A DNA stretch of 41,544 bases from Gammaproteobacteria bacterium (GCA_050298595.1 JBNKUM010000023.1:1-41544), one strand, 5' to 3'. Shown: positions 22,694-33,898, numbered from the stretch's first letter. The notes: generated from the letters alone by a model not told the origin. A program made the numbers and translations.

Positions 22694-24387
22694 AGTGATT
22701 TCCAGCTATAAACAACTTCTGCAATATTTCCCTTACCGATATACTCAAGAGACTCACATAAATCCCGGATTAAAAGTATACCTCGACCCGAAAGGGCCAG
22801 GTGATTATGCAGATTATTTTGATGTAATGTGTAGTCGAAACCCTGACCACTATCCTCGATACGAACCTGTATACTGCGGAACCCCTCATTCTGTTCAACG
22901 GTTATATGGAACAGGACATATCCATGACTGAGAACCTTTAAGCGTTGTTCTCGTTCGCGGAAGTATTGTGCAAAACCTTCGGGATCAGCTTTAAGAGTAG
23001 AGGGTAATCCGAGTATTCCGTGATCAAGCGCGTTAATATACAGTTCGGTCAAAACTGTAAATAATGATTGCCGTTCAGACTCAATACCTTCCAGTTCCAT
23101 GATTTGATTAATGATAATCGGAACGGGGTTGGTTTCACTTAAGCGCTTATCCTTTAAACTGAAAACGTATTCCCAGTCACCAATAGAATCAAAATGATGT
23201 GGTTTTCTGGGAATATCATGATGCGGTGTTAGTGCAGGCAGTAATTCTTCCACACACTGTATTTCAATCAGAGTGACGTCGTCAACTTGAGTTTGAGTAC
23301 CACAGAATTGATCCAGTGTTGCCAGAATATTTTCAAAAACCTCTTCAGGCTTAGCTGAGTGGATAGCCGATTGCAGGCGCTCATATCCGAACTCTTCATC
23401 AGTTTCTGACCAGGCTTCCGTCAGCCCATCGCTATACAGGATCAATCGGTCATTTTCAGTTAGCGGAAGGGTTTGAATCATTTCGTGTGTATTCGGATTA
23501 TCGATGATACCCAGAGGCAAGCCTTTGGACGATACATGATGTTTAATCTGTTGGGTTTTTCCATCAATAATCATTAAAGGGGGCATACCGGCATTGAAGA
23601 CGCTAATCTGATCCAGATTATGACTGATGCTGATCAAATGCGCGCCCAGGAACATACCCGTGGGTAAAAATTGGCGTAATTTTTTATTAATAGCAATGAG
23701 GATCTCTTCCAGCGTAAAACCCTTAGTCGTCATAGCACGAAATACTTCAGAAACAGGCATTGCACCGAGAGCTGCAGAAAGGCCATGCCCGGTGAAATCG
23801 CCAAGTAAAACATGAATATCCCGATTGGGACTGGATTCCGTCAGAATCATATCACCGCTAAAGGTTCCAGCTGGACGAATAGCTTGCCTGATAAATGGTG
23901 AATCAATATTGCCATTTTGCACTGCATTGATAAAAACCTGTTCGGCTATTTCCTGTTCGCGGTGGATCAGGCTATACATGCCCTGCAAATCACGGTTCAG
24001 GTCAGCGATGCGCTCCATTGCACGAATCTTGTTTTGCAGCAGAAATTTATCGTACGGTTTGGTCAGAAAGTCATCACCGCCGGCATCGATACAGGTTTGT
24101 AACGACTTTTCGTCGGTCATTGCAGTTAGGAAGATAATGGGGATAAAGAAATTACCCGCATGATTTTTAATAAATCGGGTCGCTTCATAGCCATCCATTT
24201 CAGGCATCATCACATCCATGAAGATGATATTGGGCTTATCAGCGAGGTACATATCAATAGCCTGCTGACCATTTTCTGCCTCCATCGTGTGATAACCCTG
24301 TTTTTTTAATAAAGAACGCAGGATAAGACGATTTGTCATTTCATCGTCAACGATAAGAGCTGTACGTATGGAAGGTAAGGCTGACAT
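22690..24387 (-). CDS. Fused response regulator / PP2C (SpoIIE) phosphatase / anti-sigma-type kinase (HsbR-like)
   Basis: REC (IVDDE, FMDVMMP), PP2C (SGD, GDFTGHG, SDGLTE, DDVT), HATPase (ELYINALDHG, DSGQGF, SGRGI). Confidence 0.88.
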   Translation of the reverse strand: MSALPSIRTALIVDDEMTNRLILRSLLKKQGYHTMEAENGQQAIDMYLADKPNIIFMDVMMPEMDGYEATRFIKNHAGNFFIPIIFLTAMTDEKSLQTCIDAGGDDFLTKPYDKFLLQNKIRAMERIADLNRDLQGMYSLIHREQEIAEQVFINAVQNGNIDSPFIRQAIRPAGTFSGDMILTESSPNRDIHVLLGDFTGHGLSAALGAMPVSEVFRAMTTKGFTLEEILIAINKKLRQFLPTGMFLGAHLISISHNLDQISVFNAGMPPLMIIDGKTQQIKHHVSSKGLPLGIIDNPNTHEMIQTLPLTENDRLILYSDGLTEAWSETDEEFGYERLQSAIHSAKPEEVFENILATLDQFCGTQTQVDDVTLIEIQCVEELLPALTPHHDIPRKPHHFDSIGDWEYVFSLKDKRLSETNPVPIIINQIMELEGIESERQSLFTVLTELYINALDHGILGLPSTLKADPEGFAQYFREREQRLKVLSHGYVLFHITVEQNEGFRSIQVRIEDSGQGFDYTLHQNNLHNHLALSGRGILLIRDLCESLEYIGKGNIAEVVYSWKSL

Positions 24388-24535
24388 ATGTATTTTATAT
24401 TTCCCTGTTGCCAGTCATTTTGTAGTACATATAGGCGTTTAATCAAGCACATAGCAGATATATTTTATAACCGCTGGCTGTTAGAGTAATGCTTTTCCAC
24501 AATACTAAATTGCAGATCAGGGTCAGAATCACTTA

Positions 24536-27500
24536 ATGCTGTTTCTTCATCACAGTAACGACATCAATATCTTAAAACAAAATTTGCTTGAACAAATGGC
24601 GAATGTCTCGGGTCAGGTGCTACAGCCACAGCAGATTCTGGTACAGAACCCTGGCATGAAACGCTGGCTGCAACAGCAGATCTGTAGCAGTAATGGCATA
24701 GCCGCAAATATCGAATTTCCGCTGCCGTCACGATTCATCTGGGATATCTTTGTCGCACAGTTTGATGATATCCCGGATCTGTCCGCTTTTGATGCCGAGG
24801 TGCTGCGCTGGTCGATGCTGCAGGTTTTGCAACAGCATGTCGATGATACTGAGCTGACGGCGCTTAAAGCCTATCAGCAGCAGGACAATGCTGATCTGGC
24901 CTGTTTTCAATTGTCGCAAAAACTGGCCGGGCTGTTTGATCAGTATCTGGTGTATCGACCGCAGATGATGAGTGCCTGGGAAAAACAAAAAACCCCATTA
25001 CCCGCTATAGAATCCTGGCAGGCTCACCTGTGGCGACTGTTACGCGCGCAGTCCGATCAACCACATCGGGCGCAACTGATTCAAAGACTGGTTGCTGAAA
25101 TATCCAGCGATCGCTTCAGGCGACAGGCACTACCCTCCGAACTGTATGTGTTTGCGCTATCCGCTATGTCACCGATGTATATGAATGTACTGGCGGCTCT
25201 AAGTCAGCATCTGGATGTGCATATCTTTATCGTCAATCCCTGTCGGTTTTACTGGGGCGATATCCGCAGCCGCAAGGATCAGATCAAACAGGGTGAGTTA
25301 CCCATGGTTGAGAATGAATTGCTCGCCTCGCTGGGTAAGCAGGGGCGGGATTACATCGATCAATTCTACGACAGCGGTTTTGAATGCATCGATAGAGAGC
25401 ATTTCAGCGAGATAGTGCCAGATAGCCTGCTCAATATGGTCAAGCACGATATTCTGAATTTCACCCAGACAAGCCCTGATTTTGATGTTGAACAGGATGA
25501 CTCTATTCAACTGGTGAGTTGCTACAGCGAATTACGTGAGCTGCAGGTGCTGCATGATTATCTTCTGTCGCAGCTCGACCGCAATCTCGAGTTACAGCCG
25601 CACGATATCGTCGTGATGTGCCCCGATATCAATAATCTGGCACCCTATATCGATGCCGTATTCGGTCAGCAGCCAGCCGCCAGAAGAATCCCCTACACGG
25701 TTTCGGACAATAGCGTGCTGTCATCCACGCCTTTGCTGCAGACCATACTGGACTGGATCAATCTGCCTGCCAGCCGTCTGACAGCCAATGAAATATCAGC
25801 CTGGCTTGAGCTCCCTGCCCTGCAGCGCGCCTATCAACTGGATGAAGCAGCTGTTGACAGCATTCGCTACTGGATCAGCCAGAACCATATCCATTGGGCG
25901 CTGGATAGTGAGCACAGGTCTCGTTTGGGGTTTCCAGATAATGATTTGAATACCTGGCGTCATGGCATTTCGCAGCTATTAACCGCCTACCTGATGCCGC
26001 CGCAGAGCGAGCTTTATCAACAGCAGGTAGCTTCCGCCTGTATTATCGATCAGCAGGAATTCATGGCGCTGGGACAGCTACAGAAATTTCTTGATGATCT
26101 CGCCCACTGGCAGCAACAGTTAAATCAAAAGCAGTCATTGATAGACTGGCAAAACAGCATCAATGCAATGATAGCGTCATTATTGCAACTGGATGAAGAC
26201 GAAGCCTGGTTGATCAAGCCACTACGCGATGAAATGGCCGCCTGGCAACAACAGGCTGAGCAGGCCGGGTTTGAGCAGCCACTGGAACTGAGTGTTGTCC
26301 ATCACCTGCTGCAACAGTCACTGGAACAGGGATCGGCGCATCATGCCTATCTCACAGGCGGTATCAACTTCTGTAACTTAATCCCCATGCGTACCCTGCC
26401 GTTTAAGGTAGTGTGCCTGATCGGTATGGGCGACCAGCAGTTCCCACGCAACGAACCTCTGTTACAGATGGATTTAATCAGCCGCAACCCGCAGAAAGGA
26501 GATCGCTCACGGCGTGAAGATGATCGCTATATGTTCCTGCAATCCCTGCTATCCGCACAGCAATCGCTGTATATCAGCTATGTGGGCAGAAACAAACAGG
26601 ATGACAGCCAGCTGGAACCCTCGGTCGTAGTCAGCGAACTACTGGACACTATTGAACAGAATACCGGGCATCGTATTAAGATTCGTCAAACTGCCTTACA
26701 GCCCTTTGCACAAAGCAATTTTGCCTATGGCAGTTATGCCGAACAATGGCAGCTACAGGCAGCACCCAGGCTAGAATATAGATTCAATCAGGCGATAGAT
26801 TTTGACGACATAGACAACGACATTGAACTGGATGAGCTGATCCGGTTTTACAATAATCCCGCCAGACATTTTATGCAGCAACGACTCGGTCTACGTCTGG
26901 CCGCAGCCAGTAGCGAGATAGATGACGATGAACCCTTTGCTCTGGATCCATTAAATCGTCATGGCCTCAGACAAACCTTATTCAATGACATGATGCAACA
27001 GGGCGAGTTGCAGGCAGCAAAATATCTAAATAGTGGATTGTTGTCACCCTTAACCAGCGGTGAGATCCAGCTGCAACAACAGCTGACCGAAGTGGAAATG
27101 ATGGTGCATGAACTCACCAGCCATGAATACTATTCCGGGCATACGCTATTTGAGCAAAACCTGTTACTGCAGAGCTATCAGATACAGGGCCGCATCATCA
27201 GTTACTCAAACGCAGGGCTATTGCAAATCACTCAGTCAAAGCTGGGCGGAAAAGGATTATTCAGTAGCTGGATTCAACATTGTTTTTTATGTGCCACCCA
27301 GACCCTGCAATTCAGCCAGATCATATTCAACGATAAAACCATCAACCTGGAAATACTTGAAAAATCTCAGGCGCAACAAATCCTGATCACTCTGATAGAA
27401 ACTTACATCAAAGGAAGCAAGCGCATACTGCCCTTGTATATCAATACCGCCTACGATTATCAAAGGATCAAGAATGATAAAAGTGAGGAGGATGCGCTGA

Positions 27501-27670
27501 ATAAAATACAGACCGACTGGCAGCCGGATAGCTTTTATCCCTCTTATGAATCACAGGATGCCTATATCACGACCGCATTCAAAAATGATACGCCTTTCAA
27601 TGCAGAATTCTTTCAGCTGTGTGATGAATTAATCCAGCCAATGATTGATGGGATATTGATAAAGCAATGA
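24536..27670 (+). CDS. recC: Exodeoxyribonuclease V gamma subunit
   Basis: ILVQNPGMKRWL, FDQYLVYRP, NPCRFYWGDI, PMRTLPFKVVCLIG, GDRSRREDDRY. Confidence 0.96.
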   Translation: MLFLHHSNDINILKQNLLEQMANVSGQVLQPQQILVQNPGMKRWLQQQICSSNGIAANIEFPLPSRFIWDIFVAQFDDIPDLSAFDAEVLRWSMLQVLQQHVDDTELTALKAYQQQDNADLACFQLSQKLAGLFDQYLVYRPQMMSAWEKQKTPLPAIESWQAHLWRLLRAQSDQPHRAQLIQRLVAEISSDRFRRQALPSELYVFALSAMSPMYMNVLAALSQHLDVHIFIVNPCRFYWGDIRSRKDQIKQGELPMVENELLASLGKQGRDYIDQFYDSGFECIDREHFSEIVPDSLLNMVKHDILNFTQTSPDFDVEQDDSIQLVSCYSELRELQVLHDYLLSQLDRNLELQPHDIVVMCPDINNLAPYIDAVFGQQPAARRIPYTVSDNSVLSSTPLLQTILDWINLPASRLTANEISAWLELPALQRAYQLDEAAVDSIRYWISQNHIHWALDSEHRSRLGFPDNDLNTWRHGISQLLTAYLMPPQSELYQQQVASACIIDQQEFMALGQLQKFLDDLAHWQQQLNQKQSLIDWQNSINAMIASLLQLDEDEAWLIKPLRDEMAAWQQQAEQAGFEQPLELSVVHHLLQQSLEQGSAHHAYLTGGINFCNLIPMRTLPFKVVCLIGMGDQQFPRNEPLLQMDLISRNPQKGDRSRREDDRYMFLQSLLSAQQSLYISYVGRNKQDDSQLEPSVVVSELLDTIEQNTGHRIKIRQTALQPFAQSNFAYGSYAEQWQLQAAPRLEYRFNQAIDFDDIDNDIELDELIRFYNNPARHFMQQRLGLRLAAASSEIDDDEPFALDPLNRHGLRQTLFNDMMQQGELQAAKYLNSGLLSPLTSGEIQLQQQLTEVEMMVHELTSHEYYSGHTLFEQNLLLQSYQIQGRIISYSNAGLLQITQSKLGGKGLFSSWIQHCFLCATQTLQFSQIIFNDKTINLEILEKSQAQQILITLIETYIKGSKRILPLYINTAYDYQRIKNDKSEEDALNKIQTDWQPDSFYPSYESQDAYITTAFKNDTPFNAEFFQLCDELIQPMIDGILIKQ

Positions 27671-30600
27671 CTATGCAAAGTGTTAATCTGGCGGAGTATC
27701 CATTACGCGGTGTTTCACTCATCGAAGCCAGCGCGGGTACCGGTAAAACCTATACCATTACCCACCTGTATGTACGCTATCTACTGGAAACCGATTACCA
27801 GGTAAACCAGCTACTCATCGTCACCTTTACCAATGCCGCCACCCAGGAATTAAGGGGCCGTATTCGAGAGCTGGTGTATCAGGTGAGTAATTATCTGCAA
27901 CAGGATGCTAATAAAGAGTCAGAATTCGATGCCTTATTCAAGGCCTGGCAGGGCAATGCCGAAGCTCTGTTTAAACTACAACGTGCGTTAATCAATTTTG
28001 ATGAAGCCGCTATTTATTCGATACATGGATTTTGCCAACGTCTGTTAAGTGTATTCCCGCTGGAAACAGAATCGCTGTTACAGCAAAAGATCATCAGCAA
28101 TGAAAAAGAATTACAGCAACAGGCGGTGCGCGATTACTGGCGTAAAAACATAGTCGGCTGTGAGCGCAGCCGGCTGGAATGGATTTTACAGCTATGGAAA
28201 ACACCCGATGATTTATTACAAGAGCTATATCCCCTGTTCGCGTTTGAGGAAAACCTGCAACAGCTTGTTCAAAGTGATGAAAATCTTGACCCGCAAATTA
28301 ATAGCCTATGGACGGAGCTATCGACACTTTGGGCGCAGTCCCACACAGAAATAAAAGCGGTATTACTGGATAACCCGAATCTGAATAAACGAAGTATTGC
28401 TCCTAAAACTGTAGCCATACTGTTTGAGCAGTTAGATACATTATTTCAGGATACCCTGCCCCGAACGCTGCCTGCCAAATGGGAGTTAATCACTCGGCAA
28501 AAATTAGTCAACAGCCTGAATAAAAATAAGCAGGATGATCGTCTGCAAGGCGCTTTTTTTGTTGCTGCAGAATCATTTTTTCAATTGCATAAAAACTGGT
28601 TACGGCAGATGAAACTTGATCTTCTCGCCGATGCTACAACTTTTGTTGTTGAATCTATCCAGCAGAAAAAGGTACAGGCACAGAACCTGTCTTTTGACGA
28701 TTTAATCAAGTACGTATGCGCAGTAGTGAATGAAGAAAATACATTTCTGAATGACCAGATAGCCAGTCTATTCCCAATCGCCATGGTGGATGAGTTTCAG
28801 GATACCGATAGCCAGCAATACCGCATCTTCAAAACTCTGTATCAAGATCGTACAGATACCGCCCTGATCATGATCGGCGATCCCAAGCAGGCCATCTACA
28901 GCTTCCGGGGTGCCGATGTGTTTACCTATCAGCGTGCACGCAAGTCGACCAGTGCCCAGTTCACGCTTGATACCAATTATCGCTCATCCGAAGATTATGT
29001 AGCCATGCTGAACCAGCTATTTTCCTGTAAGGAAAATGCCTTTATCTTTCCAGAGCTCATCCAGTTTTATCCAGCCAAAGCGAATCAAAACAAACCACTC
29101 ACATTGACTCAGGATGAAAAAAACCTCCCTGCACTGGTCAGCTGGATATATCCATTCACCGACAAACCAGCCAATAAGACCCAGGCCAATGATTACTTTG
29201 CCAGCTTATGTGCTGATGAAATCCAGAGCCTGTTAGGTCAGAAAACACTGATGCTGAATGATAAGCCGGTGGTAGCAAGTGATCTGGCTATTCTGGTTAA
29301 AACCGGTTATCAGGCCAGCCTGATGAAAAGTAAACTATCCGAGCGTGGTATTGCCAGCGCCATGATCCAGCGCGATTCGGTATTTGCCAGCCAGCAGGCG
29401 ATGGACATCAGCCAGTTACTGGCGGTTTTAATTAACCCATCCGATAGCGCATTATTATTCGGCTTACTGGCGAGTGACCTGTTCAGCTGGAACAGTCAGG
29501 ACATCTATCGCCTGCAACAGCAGGACCATCAACTGGTCGAACTACTGGAAGCGATGAAGGCCTATCAATTGCACTGGCAGCAGCATGGCATACTGTCGAT
29601 GTTTTTCCGCCTGATAGAAGATCAACAAAGCCTGCATAAAAATATCCATTACGCCGATGGTGAGCGCCGTCTGACCAACTGGATTCATATCATGGAGCTG
29701 TTACAGGAACAGGCAAGTCTGCATGCCAGTCAGAGTCAGGCCCTGCACTGGTTAAACCAGCAGATTGAAGACAGCGCGAATTTGATGGAAAACGAAGCAC
29801 ATCAACTGCGACTGGAAAGCGATAACCAGCTGGTCAGAATCGTCACCGTACATAAGAGTAAGGGCCTGCAATACCCCATCGTATTCCTGCCCTTTATGTG
29901 GAATGTTAAAGAGCCGAGCAAAGCACCTTCCAGCTATTATTATCATGATGATCAGGGCTATAAAAAAATCATGCTGGAAGATGATGCCAAACTGGAGCGC
30001 TGGCAACAGGAAAAACTCGCCGAAGAGATACGCCTGTTTTATGTGGCGATAACGCGCGCGCAATATCGATGCTATATGGCCTGGGGCAATATCCGTGGTG
30101 CGAAGGATTCGGCTATCGCACATGTTTTGTATAACGGTGAATTAAAAGCGCAGGACCAGAGTGAATTTTTAAAGCCATTCACCGATATCTACGAAAATCA
30201 CGGCTGTATTGAATTATGCCTGGATGATACAGAGTTTCGGATTGACGATGGCATCGCAGCCAGTGATCAGGCAGAGCCAGTAATACCAGCCAAACCATTC
30301 AACCGTAGTATTCAGCAACAATGGCGTATCAGCTCCTACAGTCAGATCGCATCCAGCAGTGAACATGATCAAAGCGTCCATCGACCAGACTACGATAGCG
30401 TTTCGGCAGAAACAGATAAAGATGAGGCAGCTTTAGAACAACTCAATCGATTTACCTTTAATAAAGGCGCCACAGCCGGTAACTTTTTACATAACCTGCT
30501 GGAAGATCAGGTGTTTGATCAGGCAATCGATGAAAAACTCATCCACAACAAATTACAGGAATATGGATTTGAAGAAACCTGGCAGCCTGTACTCAGGCAA

Positions 30601-31134
30601 TGGTTGCAGGAGATCCTGGCTAGCAATCTCGGCGCAGTAAAACTTGGCGACTTAAAGCCCGAACAAAAACTGTGTGAAATGGAATTCTACATGACCAGCC
30701 ACAAGCTGAACCAACAGGGCCTGAATAATCTGCTACACCAGTATGATTATCTATTACGCCATCAGTCATTCTCATTCAGCAGCTTAAATGGTTTCCTGAA
30801 AGGCTTTATCGATCTGATCTTTGAACATCAGGGGCAGTACTTTGTAGCAGATTATAAAAGTAATTATCTGGGCAATGATTTTGCCGACTATGCTGAAGAG
30901 AACTGCAAACAGGCCATGTACCAACATCATTACCATTTGCAGTATCTCATCTACACACTGGCATTACATCGTTACCTCAAACAGCGCCTGCCCGGCTATC
31001 AATATGAGCAACACATCGGTGGTGTTTATTACCTGTTCATCCGTGGTATGTCACCCGAGCATGCTGGCAAAGGCATCTATTTTGATAGACCCGATAGAGC
31101 GGTGATTCAACAACTGGACGAGTTGTTCGACTGA
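27667..31134 (+). CDS. recB: Exodeoxyribonuclease V beta subunit
   Basis: EASAGTGKT, VDEFQDTD, GDPKQAIYSFRGAD, TVHKSKGL, nuclease GFIDL..ADYKS. Confidence 0.97.
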   Translation: MTMQSVNLAEYPLRGVSLIEASAGTGKTYTITHLYVRYLLETDYQVNQLLIVTFTNAATQELRGRIRELVYQVSNYLQQDANKESEFDALFKAWQGNAEALFKLQRALINFDEAAIYSIHGFCQRLLSVFPLETESLLQQKIISNEKELQQQAVRDYWRKNIVGCERSRLEWILQLWKTPDDLLQELYPLFAFEENLQQLVQSDENLDPQINSLWTELSTLWAQSHTEIKAVLLDNPNLNKRSIAPKTVAILFEQLDTLFQDTLPRTLPAKWELITRQKLVNSLNKNKQDDRLQGAFFVAAESFFQLHKNWLRQMKLDLLADATTFVVESIQQKKVQAQNLSFDDLIKYVCAVVNEENTFLNDQIASLFPIAMVDEFQDTDSQQYRIFKTLYQDRTDTALIMIGDPKQAIYSFRGADVFTYQRARKSTSAQFTLDTNYRSSEDYVAMLNQLFSCKENAFIFPELIQFYPAKANQNKPLTLTQDEKNLPALVSWIYPFTDKPANKTQANDYFASLCADEIQSLLGQKTLMLNDKPVVASDLAILVKTGYQASLMKSKLSERGIASAMIQRDSVFASQQAMDISQLLAVLINPSDSALLFGLLASDLFSWNSQDIYRLQQQDHQLVELLEAMKAYQLHWQQHGILSMFFRLIEDQQSLHKNIHYADGERRLTNWIHIMELLQEQASLHASQSQALHWLNQQIEDSANLMENEAHQLRLESDNQLVRIVTVHKSKGLQYPIVFLPFMWNVKEPSKAPSSYYYHDDQGYKKIMLEDDAKLERWQQEKLAEEIRLFYVAITRAQYRCYMAWGNIRGAKDSAIAHVLYNGELKAQDQSEFLKPFTDIYENHGCIELCLDDTEFRIDDGIAASDQAEPVIPAKPFNRSIQQQWRISSYSQIASSSEHDQSVHRPDYDSVSAETDKDEAALEQLNRFTFNKGATAGNFLHNLLEDQVFDQAIDEKLIHNKLQEYGFEETWQPVLRQWLQEILASNLGAVKLGDLKPEQKLCEMEFYMTSHKLNQQGLNNLLHQYDYLLRHQSFSFSSLNGFLKGFIDLIFEHQGQYFVADYKSNYLGNDFADYAEENCKQAMYQHHYHLQYLIYTLALHRYLKQRLPGYQYEQHIGGVYYLFIRGMSPEHAGKGIYFDRPDRAVIQQLDELFD

Positions 31135-32936
31135 TGGATAAACTAAAACTCATCAATCAGGCCGTTAAGCAGAATAGACTGGACTATGCTCAGATCACTC
31201 TGGCGCGTTATTTACTCGAGCAGCATCCAGATGCAACAGAGCTGTGTCTGCATCTTGCCGTGCTGGTGAATCATGAAATCAAACAGGGTAATGTCTGCCT
31301 GAGTATCGACGACATTGCCAAACGCAGCGAAGCGTTGTTGTTGTGCCCTGCCCCGGAAATACAGACCCTGATCGAATCCATTGAAGCTAGTCCGATCATC
31401 GGTAGCAAAAATGAAAACAGGCCGCTGATTTTTGATTTAAACAAGCTCTACCTGAATCGATACTTTCATTACGAAAATCAGCTCGCAGAGCGACTGCTAG
31501 CTTTATCAAAACCTGGCGGCCCATTACCAAAAATAAAAGCGGATCAACTACAGCAATTATTTACTGGTAATGAAAACCCTGATTACCAGAAAATCGCAGC
31601 CCTGGTGAGCAGCCATCACCAGCTCTGCATCATCTCGGGTGGACCGGGTACCGGAAAAACCCGCACGGTCAGCTCTATACTATCGTTGCTCATACAACAG
31701 AATCCGCAGTTAAAGATAAAGCTCGCAGCCCCCACCGGAAAAGCCGCAGCTCGCTTATCACAATCCATACAGGCAAGCCGTGCAGAAATGATACACGACC
31801 TGTTCGTCGAACAGCAGATACCCGACAAGGCCGTCACCCTGCATCGTCTACTGGGTATCCACCGTTATACGCATAGACCGCGTTATAACGCTGACTATCC
31901 ATTAAGTTGTGATGTACTGGTGCTGGATGAAGCCTCCATGATCGATCAGCAAATGATGGCAGTGGTGTGCGAAGCTTTGCCAGCACATGCACGATTAATC
32001 CTGCTGGGAGACAAAGACCAGCTGTCATCGGTAGAGGCCGGCAGTGTTTTCGCCGATCTATGCGGAGAGCTGAAAGGCACCCAGTTCAGCAAGGCTCAAT
32101 GCAAATGGATAAGGCAAACCCTGGATTACGAGATCCCCGAATACACAGGTGATTATCGCCTGGCTGATCAGGTCGTTGTGTTACAGAAAAGCTATAGATT
32201 CGATAGCGATTCGGGTATTGGCCAGTTAGCTCGCCTGATTAATGCTGGGGATAGTGAAGCAAGTCTGCAATTTTTGATGGAATCTCAGCCAGCTCAGAAA
32301 GTGCAATGGCAACAGCTATCCGATCAACAACTTAATGAACAGTTGATACAACAGGCGTTACAGCACTATCAGCAAATTATTGATGCAAATAATATCGAGG
32401 ATGCTTTCAAATGCTTTTATCGCTTTCAGATTCTGGCGGCGGTATGGGATGGCGTAAGTGGTGTCGATCAAATCAATAGTGTGATTGAACAGGCTTTGAA
32501 GCGGCAAAATAAAATATCAGATGATCGTCCCTATTTTGCCGGCATGCCGCTGATGATGAGTAGTAATATGTATCAGTATGGTATCCATAATGGGGATATC
32601 GGTGTTGTCTGGCCGGATGATGATGGACAGCTCAAGGTCTGGTTTGAGGCTGATGATAAGGGTTATCGGGCGCTTTCATTATCGCAGTTGCCCGAATCGA
32701 AAACGGCTTATGCGATGACGGTGCATAAGTCTCAGGGGTCTGAGTTTGAACGGGTGTTGATGGTATTGCCGGGTTATGAATCTAGCGTTTGTACTCGGGA
32801 GTTGTTGTATACGGGTATTACTCGGGCGAGGGATAGTGTTGAGATTTGGGGATTGGGTGGTGTTATTGGGAGTGCTGTTGAGCGGAAGACGGTGCGGGTT
32901 TCTGGGTTGTTGGAGCGGTTGAGTGAAAACAGTTAA
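31134..32936 (+). CDS. recD: Exodeoxyribonuclease V alpha subunit
   Basis: GGPGTGKT, APTGKAAARL, LDEASM, GDKDQL, AMTVHKSQGSEF, LLYTGITRA. Confidence 0.97.
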   Translation: MDKLKLINQAVKQNRLDYAQITLARYLLEQHPDATELCLHLAVLVNHEIKQGNVCLSIDDIAKRSEALLLCPAPEIQTLIESIEASPIIGSKNENRPLIFDLNKLYLNRYFHYENQLAERLLALSKPGGPLPKIKADQLQQLFTGNENPDYQKIAALVSSHHQLCIISGGPGTGKTRTVSSILSLLIQQNPQLKIKLAAPTGKAAARLSQSIQASRAEMIHDLFVEQQIPDKAVTLHRLLGIHRYTHRPRYNADYPLSCDVLVLDEASMIDQQMMAVVCEALPAHARLILLGDKDQLSSVEAGSVFADLCGELKGTQFSKAQCKWIRQTLDYEIPEYTGDYRLADQVVVLQKSYRFDSDSGIGQLARLINAGDSEASLQFLMESQPAQKVQWQQLSDQQLNEQLIQQALQHYQQIIDANNIEDAFKCFYRFQILAAVWDGVSGVDQINSVIEQALKRQNKISDDRPYFAGMPLMMSSNMYQYGIHNGDIGVVWPDDDGQLKVWFEADDKGYRALSLSQLPESKTAYAMTVHKSQGSEFERVLMVLPGYESSVCTRELLYTGITRARDSVEIWGLGGVIGSAVERKTVRVSGLLERLSENS

Positions 32937-33261
32937 TGATTGAAAAGCTTGGTCTGGTAAAAGCGGTCAGGCCCGTTGATCCCACTGAAAATTGAAAGCA
33001 ACTCAATATCCAGAAACCTTTCGCCTATTTCGGTAAAACCGTTTTGATGGATTCTGCTTAACTAATATGCTAAGTTTTTGAAATTGTAAGGAAATAATAA
33101 TGAAAATTGGTCGTATACATGTTTAAAAATTTGTTTTTAATTCCCCTAGATAGGCCGTAAGCTGCGGCCCAATTTGAATGTTATGGGTACACGAATCGAA
33201 ACACTTAGTTATTTATTGTCACATATTTGTTAGAATAGAGACAAAATTATAAGGAAATTAA

Positions 33262-33888
33262 GTGCCAATTTATCCCATACCAACTCCTATTTATCATTTT
33301 ACACATATCGATAATTTGGCTGCATTACTTGGAGCTGGCATGCTTCTTTGCAAGAATGATATGACAGCACAAAATGCACATTATCGAAGTTCCGCCTTCG
33401 ATAGCGTTCAAGCTCAGAGGGGATGTTTCCAGGTCCCGGTATCAAGAGGTGGTACTATCCATGATTATGTTCCATTTTATTTCAATAGCTTGTCACCAAT
33501 GTTATATACAATAAATTGTGGAAATGTTGAAAACATAAAAATGAAAGATTTAATTTTTTTTAAATCTTCTGCACAAAGAGTTTCTTCTTCAGGGTGCGAC
33601 TTTGCATTTACTGATGGTCATGGAATTATGGATTTATCAGATTATTATGATGATTTAGCGGACTTAGACAAGGTGCCTTGGAATGTTATAAATGCTCGTT
33701 ATTGGAACAAGTTTCCAGATGGGAGTAGATTAAGACAGTCAGAATTTTTGGTATATAAAAGCTTTAATTGGAGTTTAGTTGAAGTAATCGGCGTCTATAA
33801 TCAAGAGATGAGAGAAAAGATAGAGGAATTAATTTCGAATCTACAACATACCCCAATTGTTCAAGTTAGAAGAAATTGGTATTTCTAG
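33262..33888 (+). CDS. darT: DarT ssDNA ADP-ribosyltransferase toxin (DUF4433)
   Basis: YHFTHIDNL, HDYVPFYF..SPMLY, FTDGH, RQSEFLV with catalytic Glu; upstream of a macrodomain gene. Confidence 0.93.
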   Translation: MPIYPIPTPIYHFTHIDNLAALLGAGMLLCKNDMTAQNAHYRSSAFDSVQAQRGCFQVPVSRGGTIHDYVPFYFNSLSPMLYTINCGNVENIKMKDLIFFKSSAQRVSSSGCDFAFTDGHGIMDLSDYYDDLADLDKVPWNVINARYWNKFPDGSRLRQSEFLVYKSFNWSLVEVIGVYNQEMREKIEELISNLQHTPIVQVRRNWYF

Positions 33889-33898
33889 TGGTGATTTT

